Assembly: GCA_965240325.2 (NCBI GenBank)
Contig: OZ251228.1
Span: 2,728,001-2,792,000, forward strand
From: Rebecca billardiae RCC1528
Taxonomy: Eukaryota; Protista; Haptophyta
Length of the DNA: 64,000 bases
Reading direction: 5' to 3'
The notes beneath the pieces are model-generated. The model did not search any database. It had not been told where the DNA came from and was given only the letters and a program-made list of their open reading frames with translations. The translations under genes and the position numbers were made by a program. Shown piece after piece: positions 22,838-34,018 of the stretch (position 1 is its first letter; each line of letters starts with the position of its first letter).

Positions 22838-24379
22838 ATGTGTCGCCCCGGTTGCAAGACGCTGCGCCAGTCGGCCGGCGCCACGCACAAGCTGGCCGGC
22901 ATGGTCGACGTGAGGAGCCGCAAGTGCGATCACGCGGACTGCACCATGCGGCCTTCGTTCGGCATGCCGGCCGACGCGCGCGCCAGCCGGTGCGCTGCGC
23001 ACAAGCTGGCCGGCATGGTCGATGTGAGGAACCCCAAGTGTGATCACGCCGGCTGCACCACGCGGCCTTCATTCGGCATGCTGGGTGACGCGCGCGCCAG
23101 CCGGTGCGCTACGCACAAGCTGGCCGGCATGGTCGACATCGTGAGCCCAAAGTGTGATCACACTGGCTGCACCAAGCAGCCTTCGTTCGGCATGCCGGGC
23201 GACGCGCGCGCCAGCCGATGCGCTACGCACAAGCTGGCCGGCATGGTCAACGTGATGCACGTCAAGTGTGATCACGCGGGCTGCACCAAGGGGCCTTCGT
23301 TCGGCATGCCGGGCGACGCGCGCGCCAGCCGGTGCGCTACGCACAAGCTGGCCGGCATGGTCGACGTGAAGAGCCCCAAGTGTGATCACGCCGGCTGCAC
23401 CAAGCAGCCTTCGTTCGGCATGCCGGGCGACGCGCGCGCCAGCCGGTGCGCTACGCACAAGCTGGCAGGCATGGTCGACGTGAAGAGCACCAAGTGTGAT
23501 CACGCCGGCTGCACCAAGGGGCCTTATTTCGGCATGCCGGGCGACGCGCGCGCCAGCCGGTGCGCTGCGCACAAGCTGGCCGGCATGGTCGACGTGAAGA
23601 ACCCCAAGTGTGATCACGCTGGCTGCACCACGCGGCCTTCATTCGGCGTGCCGGGTGACGCGCGCGCCAGCCGGTGTGCCACGCACAAGCTGGCCGGCAT
23701 GGTCGACGTGGTGAGCCGCAAGTGTGATCACGCGGGCTGCACCAAGGGGCCTTCGTTTGGCATGCCGGGCGACGTGCGCGCCAGCCGGTGCGCTGAGCAC
23801 AAGCTGGCCGGCATGGTCGACGTGGTGAGCCGCAAGTGTGATCACGCCGGCTGCACCAAGCAGCCTTCGTTTGGCATGCCGGGCGACGTGCGCGCCAGCC
23901 GGTGCGCTGAGCACAAACTGGCCGGCATGGTAAGCAGTCGGCTCGCCGCCCCCAAGCGCAGGCTCGAGCATGGCAACGGCGACCAGGGCACGCGCGCCGC
24001 GAAGCGACAGCACAAACCCACCAGCTGCGTTGCCGCTGTGTCGGACGCTGCGCCGCAGGTGTCTGCACCGCCGCCGCTGGTTGCAGTCAGCATCGTCCGC
24101 TGGCGCGCGCCAGATGGCACGATCCGTTCGGTTGACGACGGGGTGGTCAATGATGGTGCCCTGGGCCTGGACGAGCGGCATCTGTGTCGCAACACAGATG
24201 GCGATGCAATCTGGGCTGCCAGTGGCAGCTACGGCCAGGGCCTCCCAGCAGGCATCAACACCACTGCTGCGCCAGCACTGCCATTACCATCGATGGCAGC
24301 GGCGGGAGCGCGCCTGCAGCAACCGCAGGACATACCTGTGGTGATGGCCAGGAGGGTGGTCCGCGACGGTGCAGGCTGA
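22838..24379 (+). CDS. EsV-1-7-type tandem-repeat protein, locus C (9 repeats + NLS-like tail)
   Basis: ORF 22565..24379, start uncertain. Dipeptides MR,TR,KQ,KG,KQ,KG,TR,KG,KQ. Tail homologous to B (PLVAVSIV.WR.PDGT.RSVDDGVVNDGAL). Confidence 0.85.
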   Translation: MCRPGCKTLRQSAGATHKLAGMVDVRSRKCDHADCTMRPSFGMPADARASRCAAHKLAGMVDVRNPKCDHAGCTTRPSFGMLGDARASRCATHKLAGMVDIVSPKCDHTGCTKQPSFGMPGDARASRCATHKLAGMVNVMHVKCDHAGCTKGPSFGMPGDARASRCATHKLAGMVDVKSPKCDHAGCTKQPSFGMPGDARASRCATHKLAGMVDVKSTKCDHAGCTKGPYFGMPGDARASRCAAHKLAGMVDVKNPKCDHAGCTTRPSFGVPGDARASRCATHKLAGMVDVVSRKCDHAGCTKGPSFGMPGDVRASRCAEHKLAGMVDVVSRKCDHAGCTKQPSFGMPGDVRASRCAEHKLAGMVSSRLAAPKRRLEHGNGDQGTRAAKRQHKPTSCVAAVSDAAPQVSAPPPLVAVSIVRWRAPDGTIRSVDDGVVNDGALGLDERHLCRNTDGDAIWAASGSYGQGLPAGINTTAAPALPLPSMAAAGARLQQPQDIPVVMARRVVRDGAG

Positions 24380-25215
24380 TGAAGCCGTGAAGCGTGGCTC
24401 GACGTGATGATCTCCCAACGATCCTCACGACGTCGACGAGCTTTCGTTCGAGCGAGCGCCGGCATCGAGCCGCCGATTCAGAGACGCCATCGGGCACGGC
24501 AGAAGTTCTTCACCGCGCTCGCGACTTCACGCCCCTGTTCTGCTCATGAGTCATGTCGACCGGCGCCACTCCACTCACGGCCGGCAAGGGCTGGCCCGCC
24601 GAGCTGCTCAAGACCTTCATCGCCACAGACTCGCGGACAGGGACCTGCCAGCCGCACATCGGCACGCTTCCGGGCTTGGCAAGCAGCTTGAGCTGCCCTT
24701 CCCGGATGCGTGCGCGATGGCGCAGAAGCACGGGTCCGACACAGAGGGCGAGGCGGTGGTCGCGGCTGCTCGGCCGGGCTGCTCGCAAGGTGCAGCCCGG
24801 CCTTCAGCCCGGCCCTGGTGGCAGGCCGCTAGGCGGCCCGGGCGGCGTGCCAACTGGCAACTGGCAACTGCACCACGCCACCACATCTCTGACGTCGACG
24901 ACGATGATGTCTGATGAGCGCAAATGCGCAATAATAAAGTGCTCGTCTGCAAATTGGATCCGCGATTGGCACCGCCTCATAGTCTAAATAGCCGGCGACC
25001 GCAACTGCTGCCACTGGGGATGGAGGTTATTGCCTACTACTACAGTTTACTAAGAATAAGAGACGCACACAGCTCAGGCAGGCGAGATACTAGTGGTGCT
25101 GCTCTGCTGCTAAGTCTCGTCTGATGACGCCTCTGGGAGTTCTCGAGTGGTCCGGCAGCATTTTCGGAAAAGAAATCCGCGCTTCACCGCATTTTCTCCC
25201 GGCGGGATTTGCAGC

Positions 25216-25896
25216 ATGGCGGACGACTGCCACGACAGCCCAGTCGAGATCACGTTCTCAGGCGGGCTGCTGCTGGTGTGGGGCGAGGAGCAGGCTGCGC
25301 ACGTGCTCTCCAGATGCCGCATCGTGGGGAGCCACACGGGCCTCGCGGCGCACACCCGCGGCCAACCCGTCGACCCGCGGCACAAGTCCCGGCTGATTGA
25401 GCGGTTGCCGCTTGTGCTGATGCACGAGGAGGCGGCACTCATGGTCGACAGGGGGATGGGCACGGTCATCGATGACGACGGCGCGCTCGATGGGGCGGCG
25501 GTCAAAACGAGCGCCCGCGCTCCCCACGCGCTCACGCCATCCGCGTGGCGGCGCACGGACGAAGCGCAGCGCCGTCGAGACCGCCTCTTTGCGTGGCTCT
25601 GGTCGCAGTCGGACTCCACGTACATCACCGGGGCGTCCAAGTTCGGCGGCGACTTCCTCGTCTACCGCGGCGGGCCGCCGGGCGCGGTGCACTCGGAAGC
25701 AGTGGTGCGCTTGCTCCCGACCGGGCAGACGAGCGTGCCCGTGCTCGACATGCTCGCCTTCGTCCGGCTCGCGCAGGCGGTCCGCAAGAAGGTCTTCCTC
25801 GCCACAGTGAGTGCGGACGGCTCAGTCGCGTGCGTTGCGTTTGCAGGCGGCCCACGAGGCTGGAACAAGCGCCTCGTCGACGGCGCGGCCCCGTAA
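25216..25896 (+). CDS. TSEN34: tRNA-splicing endonuclease subunit Sen34-like
   Basis: YITGASKFGGDFLVYRGGP..VHS and RLAQAVRKK carry the Tyr/His/Lys catalytic triad. N-terminal RIVG-like and PLVLMHEEAALMV motifs. Confidence 0.85.
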   Translation: MADDCHDSPVEITFSGGLLLVWGEEQAAHVLSRCRIVGSHTGLAAHTRGQPVDPRHKSRLIERLPLVLMHEEAALMVDRGMGTVIDDDGALDGAAVKTSARAPHALTPSAWRRTDEAQRRRDRLFAWLWSQSDSTYITGASKFGGDFLVYRGGPPGAVHSEAVVRLLPTGQTSVPVLDMLAFVRLAQAVRKKVFLATVSADGSVACVAFAGGPRGWNKRLVDGAAP

Positions 25897-26081
25897 GCTG
25901 CGGCGGCGGTGGCGGCGCCAACAGTGCGTCTTCGATGGCTGATGACGCTCGCGGCGGCGGCGACGGCGCCGTGCCCGCCGCTAACGGCCGGCACCGCTGG
26001 CTGCGCCGGCGTGGCGGCGGGCGTGAGCGGCGATCTATTTCCGGTTGGTGAGAGCGCACGCCAACGACAGCCGCCAGCCGG

Positions 26082-28214
26082 ATGGCGTCGACCACGCTCA
26101 CGTTCGACTTTGGAGACGCGACGCTGATGATCGAGGCGGCGAGCTTCGCCCCTGGCGACACGTCCGAGGCGAGTGCGCTGCTGAGCGCCGCGCCGCTCGA
26201 TCGGGTGCACGCGCGGCCGGCCGACCTCCTTGAGCATGCAAGGCCCGTCGTCGCGCTGGGAGCGGCTCCGATTGCCAGCGCGTTGCGGCGCGCCGGGCTC
26301 GCCGCCGAGGCGGCAGAGATCACCGCCGCTTCGGACGAGGCCATCGAGGAGGTGACCATGGCCGCGATCGGCTCGCGCCTCGAGGCCGCGGGCATGCTGC
26401 GCATCGGCGAGCACTTTGTGAGCTCGTTTGCGCTCTTCCCGCTCTCGCCCGCGGCGCGTGCAAACCCTGGCGAGCATGCGGCGCGCTCGACGAAGCTCGA
26501 AGCCGTGGCCGCGGTGCGCGCGCGCGTGCGCGTGGTCCGAGCGGCCGAGCCGGCCGAGCAGTCCGCGCGCGGCGTGCGCGCCATCGAGGTCGAGCTCGTC
26601 GACGAGCAGCTTAAGCTGCGCCCGCAGCGCGCGGACGCGCCCCACGTGCTGCGCGCCCTGCTGCCCACGCTGCGGGCGCGCCTCGAGCTGAAGGGCGAGT
26701 GCGACCTGTCGCTGTACGCCGACGACTACTTGGCCGCGAACGAGCGCGCGGTGTGCCTGCTGCTGCCCGACCTCGAGCGCGTGTGCGTGCTGCATGTCTC
26801 GGGCTTGCGCGCGCATGCAGAGGCGTTCATGCGCGCGCTGCTCGACGGCGCTGATCACGCGGACGACGGCGGGCGCGAGGCGGACGAGCGCGGCGTGGGC
26901 CGCGCGGCGTGGCGCGCGAGCCAGCGCGCGTGCGAGCCATCGGCCGGCCTCGTGCACCTGCCGCTGTGGGCCGTCGTGCGCCCAGCGGAGAAGCGCGCTC
27001 TGCGCGCGCGCATGCGCGCACAGGAGCGTGGCGCGTGCACGGTGGGCGCGACCCAGGCGGAGGCGGCGATGCCGCTGTCTGCGCACTGCGCGTTCACCGA
27101 CGCCGAGCTGGACGACGACTTTGGTCAGCCAGAGCTCCTCGGGCCGCCGGCGGGCTGCTTCGTCGTCAACTGCGCGCAGCTCTGGGAGCCGGTCGGCGCG
27201 GTGCCGAGCGCGTGCGAGCGTGCGGCGCCGCGCGCAGGCCCTGCCGCCGCCGCCGCGGGCTCGGGCGCGCCGGTGGGCCTCAGCGCGGCGGAGGTGTCCG
27301 AGAGTCTCACCTCGCGCACGGCCGTGGCCTCGTCTGGCGCCGGTGCGCACCTGCTCCGTGCGTTCCAGAACGCCACGCTCACGCGGAGCTCGCGGGTGCG
27401 CACGGCCGCAGACAGGCGCGAGTCGATGGTGAGCGTGCTCGCTGGGCCTGGGCCTGCGGACGGGGGCTGCGTGCCTGAGGACGATCCCTTCATCGCCGAG
27501 CTGCTCGCGGGCGGCGTGGGCAGCGCCCAGCCGCCCCGCGCCTCCATTGTGCCGCCGCCGCGCCGCGACGCGCACGCATCGAGCGCCTCGGCGCGGCCTC
27601 CCTCGGCGCAGCAGGCGTGCGGAGCGGCGGCTGCGGCCGCGGCCAGGGCGCCTCCCGCGCAGAGGGCCGCGCCGCCGCAGCCTGCTCCGGATCCGGCGAA
27701 GACGAAGCCCAAGTCTGGCGCGCGAGCGCCAGCCGCGAAAGGCTCCTCGGCGGCGGCCAAAGCGCGCCCCGCGCCCTCGGCCAAGCCTGCCTCCTCGGGC
27801 CCCGCGCGCAAGGCGGCCAAGACCTCGGCAGCGGTGCCAACGCCGCGCGCACCAAAGCGGCCGCTCGCGCTGTCCGACCTGCTCGCGCACGGCAAGCTCA
27901 CGGCCGTGGGTGGGCGCACCATCGACGCCATGTTCGATGCTTGCGACCTGGGCGGCGACGGCGTCCTCGACTGCGCGGATGTATCGCACTACCAGACGGT
28001 CACGGGCGGAGAGCCGGTCTCGGCGGACGAGTTCGCCGCCTTGCTCGCGGAGTACGGCGGCGCGGCCTCAGGCTCAGCCGGAGCAGCGCCGCAGACAGCC
28101 GGCCTGTCGCGCGCGGCATTCAAGCGCTTCTTCACGCAGATGCTCGAGGAGGATGGCGACGCGGCGCTGGCCGACATCCGCGCGCTGCTCCGCGACAAGG
28201 CACCGACGTGCTAG
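26082..28214 (+). CDS. Hypothetical 710-aa protein with a C-terminal EF-hand-like motif
   Basis: Long ORF with coding-like composition. MFDACDLGGDGVLDCADV resembles an EF-hand loop. Confidence 0.7.
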   Translation: MASTTLTFDFGDATLMIEAASFAPGDTSEASALLSAAPLDRVHARPADLLEHARPVVALGAAPIASALRRAGLAAEAAEITAASDEAIEEVTMAAIGSRLEAAGMLRIGEHFVSSFALFPLSPAARANPGEHAARSTKLEAVAAVRARVRVVRAAEPAEQSARGVRAIEVELVDEQLKLRPQRADAPHVLRALLPTLRARLELKGECDLSLYADDYLAANERAVCLLLPDLERVCVLHVSGLRAHAEAFMRALLDGADHADDGGREADERGVGRAAWRASQRACEPSAGLVHLPLWAVVRPAEKRALRARMRAQERGACTVGATQAEAAMPLSAHCAFTDAELDDDFGQPELLGPPAGCFVVNCAQLWEPVGAVPSACERAAPRAGPAAAAAGSGAPVGLSAAEVSESLTSRTAVASSGAGAHLLRAFQNATLTRSSRVRTAADRRESMVSVLAGPGPADGGCVPEDDPFIAELLAGGVGSAQPPRASIVPPPRRDAHASSASARPPSAQQACGAAAAAAARAPPAQRAAPPQPAPDPAKTKPKSGARAPAAKGSSAAAKARPAPSAKPASSGPARKAAKTSAAVPTPRAPKRPLALSDLLAHGKLTAVGGRTIDAMFDACDLGGDGVLDCADVSHYQTVTGGEPVSADEFAALLAEYGGAASGSAGAAPQTAGLSRAAFKRFFTQMLEEDGDAALADIRALLRDKAPTC

Positions 28215-28523
28215 GAACAATGTTCAGGTTGACAGTAACAAAAGTCGGGTTCACCGCTGAGCACACTCGTCATCACCGTCAGCGGCGCCACGTCTACCCA
28301 GTTGCGAGCGGTGGATGTTACTGAGGCGGGTAGAATGGTCAATAGCTGCGCACTGTATGGTACGTATGATCGTTCGACTATGAAGACGCGGCGGTTGACT
28401 CTCAACCAGAGTGATGAGTAGGACAGAAGGGTGCCAAAGCGCGGCCGCCCCTCTTGAAAGGGAGTGCCTCTTCCACCGGGTCGCGGCAGCTGCCGCTCGC
28501 CACATGCAAGGGGCAGGGCAGCG

Positions 28524-31093
28524 ATGGTGAACGTGCGCACGAGCGTGGCCGGGGGCGATGGCCCGGCCGGCCAGATGGACGCGTCGCCGCGGGACACCAA
28601 TGCCCGCGCGCCGATGCCAACGCGTGTGGAGGCGCAGATCCAGAGCGCGATCGAGAGCCTCCTGCTCGCAGACTCGATGCTCAAGGGGGATCAGGAGGAC
28701 GACGACGACCCTGAGCTGCGCGAGCTCAGAACGCGGTGGATGTCAGAGCGCGCGCGGCTCCTCGACCAGCAGATGCGCGTCGACAGCCTCGCGCGCGAGT
28801 ACTCGCAGCGCAAGGCGCGCCGCGTGAAGCAGCGCGAGACCGAGCGGCAGCAGCAGCTGTTCGCCATGGAGCGGCGGCTACGCGAGCTCCACGACGAGGT
28901 GAACAGCCTTCGCGGGCAGCAGGGCAGCCCGAACGCGCTCCCAGGCGCGCAGCACGCGCTCGTCTCGCGCGGGTCGCCATCCCGGTACGGCGCGTCGCCG
29001 CAGCAGGCGAGCACCGATCGTTTTTTTGCGCAGCAGCAGCAGCAGCACGCGCTGACGCCGCCAGGGGCGGTTCGCTCGGCATCGGCAGCCGCCGCGACGA
29101 GAGCGCCGGCAGGCTCGCCCGGCCCGTACGTGGCCTCGGGGCTGCCGCCCTCGTTCTCGCCGCTCGCCGAGCGCGCCGATGGCGACCGGCGCACGCCGCC
29201 GCGCCCGGGTGCGCGCGGCGGCGTGAGCGAGCTCGCGAAGCTGCGGCGCGAGCTGGCGCACGTGAAGGCGGAGCAGAGCCAGTACGCGCCGCCGGTGCCC
29301 GCCGCTGCCGTGGGGCCCGTCGGCGTGCCCAGCCCGGCAGACGCGGCGCAGCAGGGGAACGTGGCGCGCGGCTCTGGCGCCGCGGCGGCGTCGGCGGCGA
29401 TGGCGGCTGAGCCCAACGGCTTTGGCCGCGCGCGCCGAGGCCCCGGGGCCGTCGGCGGGGTGGACGGTAGCGGCGGCAGCAGCCCGTGCCCGCCCATCGC
29501 CGCGCCGCCCACGACCGAGGCGTCAGCGGCGAGCGCGAGCGCGCGCCGACTCCTGCGCTCCGCCTCTGGCCCCGGGCTGCTGCCGGAGCAGCAGCCGAGC
29601 CCGCACGCACAGCAGCAGCCGCCCAATCAGCACGCGCCGAATGGGAGCGCCAACGGCGTGGGCGGCGGCGTGCCGTCGAGCATGCGCGCGCGGCAGCCGA
29701 CGGCGGTCAACCGCTCGGGCAGTGGCGGGCCGAGCCAGCCGGGCAGCCGGCGCACGTCGAACGCGGGCGCGGCAGCGCGCGTGTCGCCGCGCGCGCCGGA
29801 GCTGCTCGTGCCGCGGCCGCCGCCGCCGCCGGCGCTCGGGCCGCCCGCTGTGGTGCAGCGAATGGAAGGGCGGCACACCGCGGCAGTCACGTCGGTCTCG
29901 CCGACGGACTGGGAGGGGTGCATGCTCTCCGCCGGCGGCGACGGCTTCGTCCAGCTGTGGGAGCGGCGGCAGCCGCACGATGGCGGCGCGGACGCGGGCT
30001 GGGCGGCGGGCGCGCGGCTGTCGTGCCGCGCGGGCAACGTGAACGCTCTCGCGCACGTGCCAGGCGCACACATGGTGGTCGCGGGCTGCGAGGACGGCAC
30101 GTGCCGCATCTTCCGGCTCTCGGGCGCGAGCGACGACGACCCGCGCGCCGGGTACTCGATGTACACGCTGCGCTCGCTCAAGGGGCACACGGGCGAAGTG
30201 ATGGCGCTCGCCTCGCTGTCGTGGTGCGCGCACGGGCCGCGCGGCGGCAGCCGCGCCCGCCCGCACGCGCGCGCGCCGCGCGCTCGGCTCAGCCCGTTGG
30301 CCCGCGCCGCCCCGCGCCGCGCGCACGCGGCGTTGCAGGCTGGTCTCGGGCTCGCAGGACGGCACGGTGAAGACGTGGGACCTGCAGACCGGCGAGTGCG
30401 CGCAGACGCTGAGCGGCCACAGCTCGTGGGTGATGGCGGTTGCGGTGGGGTACGCAGACGGCTCGTCGGGGCCAGAGTCGGGCGCGCCGTGCTACCTGCT
30501 CTCAGCGTCGGGCGACGGGAGCGCGTGGCTGTGGGTCGACGCCGGCCCGCCGCCCGACAAGCGCGCGCCTCCGCAGTTCAAGCGGCGCGCCGTGCTCAGC
30601 GGGCACGGCAAAGCGCTGCTCGCGGCCGAGCTGATCACGAGCCACGGCCTGGCCGCGACCGGCAGCGACGACAAGACGATCCGGTGCGGCGCTGCGCTGC
30701 GGCGCGCGCGCCCAGGACGCGCCAGCGCGCGCGCTGATCACGCGCGCGCGCGCGCGCACCCCTCGCGCGGCACGCCGCTGCAGGCTGTGGTCGCTGTCGT
30801 CGCACGCGTGTGTCGCTGTTCTCGACGCACACGCCGCGCCGGTGTGCGCGATCGTGTGGCACCCCGCGCGGCAGCAGCTGCTCAGCTCGGCGGAGGACGC
30901 GCAGCTGCAGCTGTGGCAGATTGCGCTGGCGGACGGTGGCGGCGTCTCGGCGAGCGCGGTCGCCACCGTCCCCAAGCCTGGCGGGGACGGCAGCGACGCT
31001 ATGTCGTCGTACGCGCTTGCGGTGAACGCGGCTGGGCGTGGCTACCAGTTCTGCTGCGGTCTCGACAACGGCGGGCTCGTGGTGATGCAATGA
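28524..31093 (+). CDS. Coiled-coil + low-complexity + WD40-repeat protein (introns 30224-30338, 30684-30783)
   Basis: GH...D..V/I.LW repeats (GHTGEVMAL, SGSQDGTVKTWD, GSDDKTIRLW, SAEDAQLQLWQ). Both GT-AG introns restore the frame. Confidence 0.88.
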
Positions 31094-31378
31094 ATGATGA
31101 ATCATGATGGGCCGCAATCGGAATCTCAAAGCCGCGCAGGCTCATCATCCGCGCCCGCGGCCGCGGTCCCTATAGAGTGGCTAGACTCTAGAGTCGTAGA
31201 GACCTTGGACAGCTAGTGATGGTTAGTGGCAGCCGCAGTTCACTGAATCAGTGAATGAGTACGTACTGATTGTCTGAATCGAGCCGAGTATACTACGGAG
31301 TAGTAGTGCGGGACGCGGGTGATGTGTAACTGATGAGGCCTTATGCTAGCTATATAGAGTCGTAGTCGTCTGATCTTA

Positions 31379-32675
31379 TGGCCCGCGGTGCAGGGCGGAG
31401 CGCGCAGCGTGGAGCCCGCACCAGCGGGCCCGAACCACGTTTCAAAAAGATCTTTGATCATATCAAGAAAAAAGGGACGGGGGGCGGCGGAAAAAAAGGG
31501 ACGGGGGGCGATTTTTAGGGCTGGCGGAGACCGAGTTTCGAGTTTTTGAGATCGCATTGAGAGGTCTATCAGGCCCAAAAAAACCGCGCCCAGCTGATTC
31601 CCTTAAGTAAAGTGCGATCTGGACGTCAGCTGGACGTGACATTAGTGTAACGGTTCGTTACGAGCGAATCGTACTCGTCTTCCCGGATCGCGTGACGTCC
31701 GGACTGGGCCACATCCGGATCGTCGGAGGTGACGTGCCCCGCGGCACGATGGGCGATGGCGGATATGCGGGACGGCGCCTGCACGTGCCTCCGGACCCGC
31801 CTCCCGCTTGCTGCTCACGCAGTCAGCTGCGACCGTGGCGCATGATCGCAGAAGCAGTGCCGGCAGTACGGCCTGCATCAGCTAGTGCCGCGCCGTCGTG
31901 GCGCGCGCGGTACGGTTGCGCGTTTGCAGCGCTCGCCGCTCGGCGACGGCACGCGCGTGCGGCTCAGGTGTGTCAAATGCGGTCTCGTCGGCGCGCTTTC
32001 GCCTGCCACCTCGTGCACCCGTGCCGCCAGTTTCATCGTCTTCATGAGGACTGCTGCTGCTGTCGCCATCCGCTCTCCATCACCCCGAGTCGCCGGTCGC
32101 GCGGCGCGCGCGGTAGGCACTAGGCAGGGCGTACGGTCACTCACCCGTGCAACGGGTCAAGTGGCCAGAGTACGTCTGGTCGTTGGCTGGCACGGGCCGC
32201 AGCGCTAAAGCACCCTGCTGTCACACCCGACTCCTTCAGTACTCCGAGCTCCGCGGCACGACTCACTCGGCACGCTCGCGGACGGGTCGGATCCGAGCTG
32301 ATCAGCCAGAGTTGGACACAGTTTGGCAGCTACTAGTAGTAATTCCGATGCCGATGGCACGATCGCGGACGGGTCGGATCCGAGCTGATCAGCCAGTTGG
32401 ACATTTGGCAGCTAGTTGTCAGACGGACGTCCGATTTGACGACCGGTGCCGGGTGCGGTCTCAGGTCCGCTGCTGTGATTGTGTGAAGTGTGAATGAGTC
32501 TCGCGGTCGCGCAGGCAGGGCCGCAGGGCGACGGTCGGACTAATATAGCTTCAGTCATCTCAGAACCGACTTCAACTGGCGAACTGCCACTACGGCGGAG
32601 AGCCGCGATTGCACGGCCACCGCGGGCCCCCAACTGCGTTGATTCTATGCAGAAAAGGACCGCGGAACGCGGTCA
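31379..32675 (+). mobile_element. Non-autonomous Helitron2/Helentron-like element, copy 2 (beta-type interior)
   Basis: Same 5' end, subterminal CACCGCGGGCC and 3' hairpin as copy 1. The paralogous site near 43171 (TCTTATATAT...GCTATAG) appears empty. Confidence 0.7.
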
Positions 32676-32862
32676 TATATATATGCTATAGTCAGTCCGT
32701 ACTACGCCGTACGGTAGTGTCTGTGACTACCGGCTGGAATAATCGGGACCGCCCGGCGGCCGGGCCTCTTGACTAGGTTGAGTAGGTAGTAGGTAGGCGA
32801 GCGCTTCAGAAAGCCGTACATAGTTTCTAGTTTATTTGTTTTAACGTCCTGCGTAAGGCTCA

Positions 32863-32985
32863 CGGTGGCAGGTTGCCGCGCCATCCTTCATCGCACGCTC
32901 TCCGAAGAGAGACCTGGAAACTGGTTTTGAACCCATGACCTCAGACGCAAGAGCACGCCAGTACTCCCATCGGCCACAGACCGGC
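32863..32985 (-). ncRNA. tRNA-derived SINE-like element, copy 2
   Basis: Homologous to 11101-11225; continues to a GTTAAAACAAATAAAC tail. Confidence 0.55.
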
Positions 32986-34018
32986 GTTACTACTAGCGCC
33001 ATCACCGCCAACTGCGCCCCATCGGGTGATCGCCTGATCGTGACTCAGTCACAGTGATCGCGGCCGAATTGAGCCCGCCATTTTTGTGAGAGATATATTT
33101 GGCGGATGACCGGACAGGAAGTGGTTGCAGCGAGCGGCGCGCTCTGCGTGTGGCCAGGGCTGGCTTGGGTGTACAGCTCAACCGACTAGCGGTTGGCTCT
33201 GAACAGGTCCATAGTCCATACTCCATGGAGCCCCCGTGAGTGGCATGCATGCTGAAATTCGTATCTGGCGCACGGTTGCATTTGACGGCGGGCGGGTTGG
33301 TGTGCGCACTGGTGGGCCTCCAGCGTTCGCTGCGGGTACTGTAGTGGCGCTGAGTGTAGCCCATGCCTGCACGGCCAGAGCCGAACGACTGGCTGTGCAG
33401 CAGCTGTGCAAGAGAGGTGTGCAACTGCCTGGGCTGGACCGATCGGGCCGTATATGCTCCTGGTGTAGCGCTACGCGCGGGCTCGCCCAGGGCTGTCGAG
33501 CGCATGTCGCATAGTCACCCACCATGCCACGTTATAATATCTGGGCGGCCTTGAGCGGGCTTGCTGGCTACAGACATGCGCAGAAGCCACACGGCTGCTT
33601 CACGGCCCTCACGACCAGCCTTGTGCCGACTGTCCGCATGACCCAGAGGGGTGCTCAACGCGGGCTGCCCGGTTATGCGCGCCCGGCTAGGCGCGCATGC
33701 GATAGCACTGCATGCCCCCGCAGCGGCTCGAGCCCCGAGTCGAGCCCGTCGCGCGCTGCGCGCGCGCGCTTGCACGCGAGCGCCTGCGCTGCTTTTGTGG
33801 CGGTGCCGCGCGTGTGCATGCTGCTTCAAGGCGCGGAGGAGGCGAGGACGAGGAAGGCGCGCGGCGCAGCGAGGGACGCCGGGCGGCTCTGCGACGGCTC
33901 AAGCCCCGCGCCGCCTCCGAGGCCCGACCCGACTGCCGCAGGAGCGCACGGGGCGAGCGGCTCCGCCGCCGTGCACGGCGGCGTGCGGGCGAGTGCCACC
34001 TGCTGGCGAGCGGCGACC

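Noticed and set aside
24400-24990. Coding-like fragments downstream of array C (GKGWPAELLKTFIATDS)
   Set aside because: Short, frameshifted and without a recognisable motif; cannot support a call.
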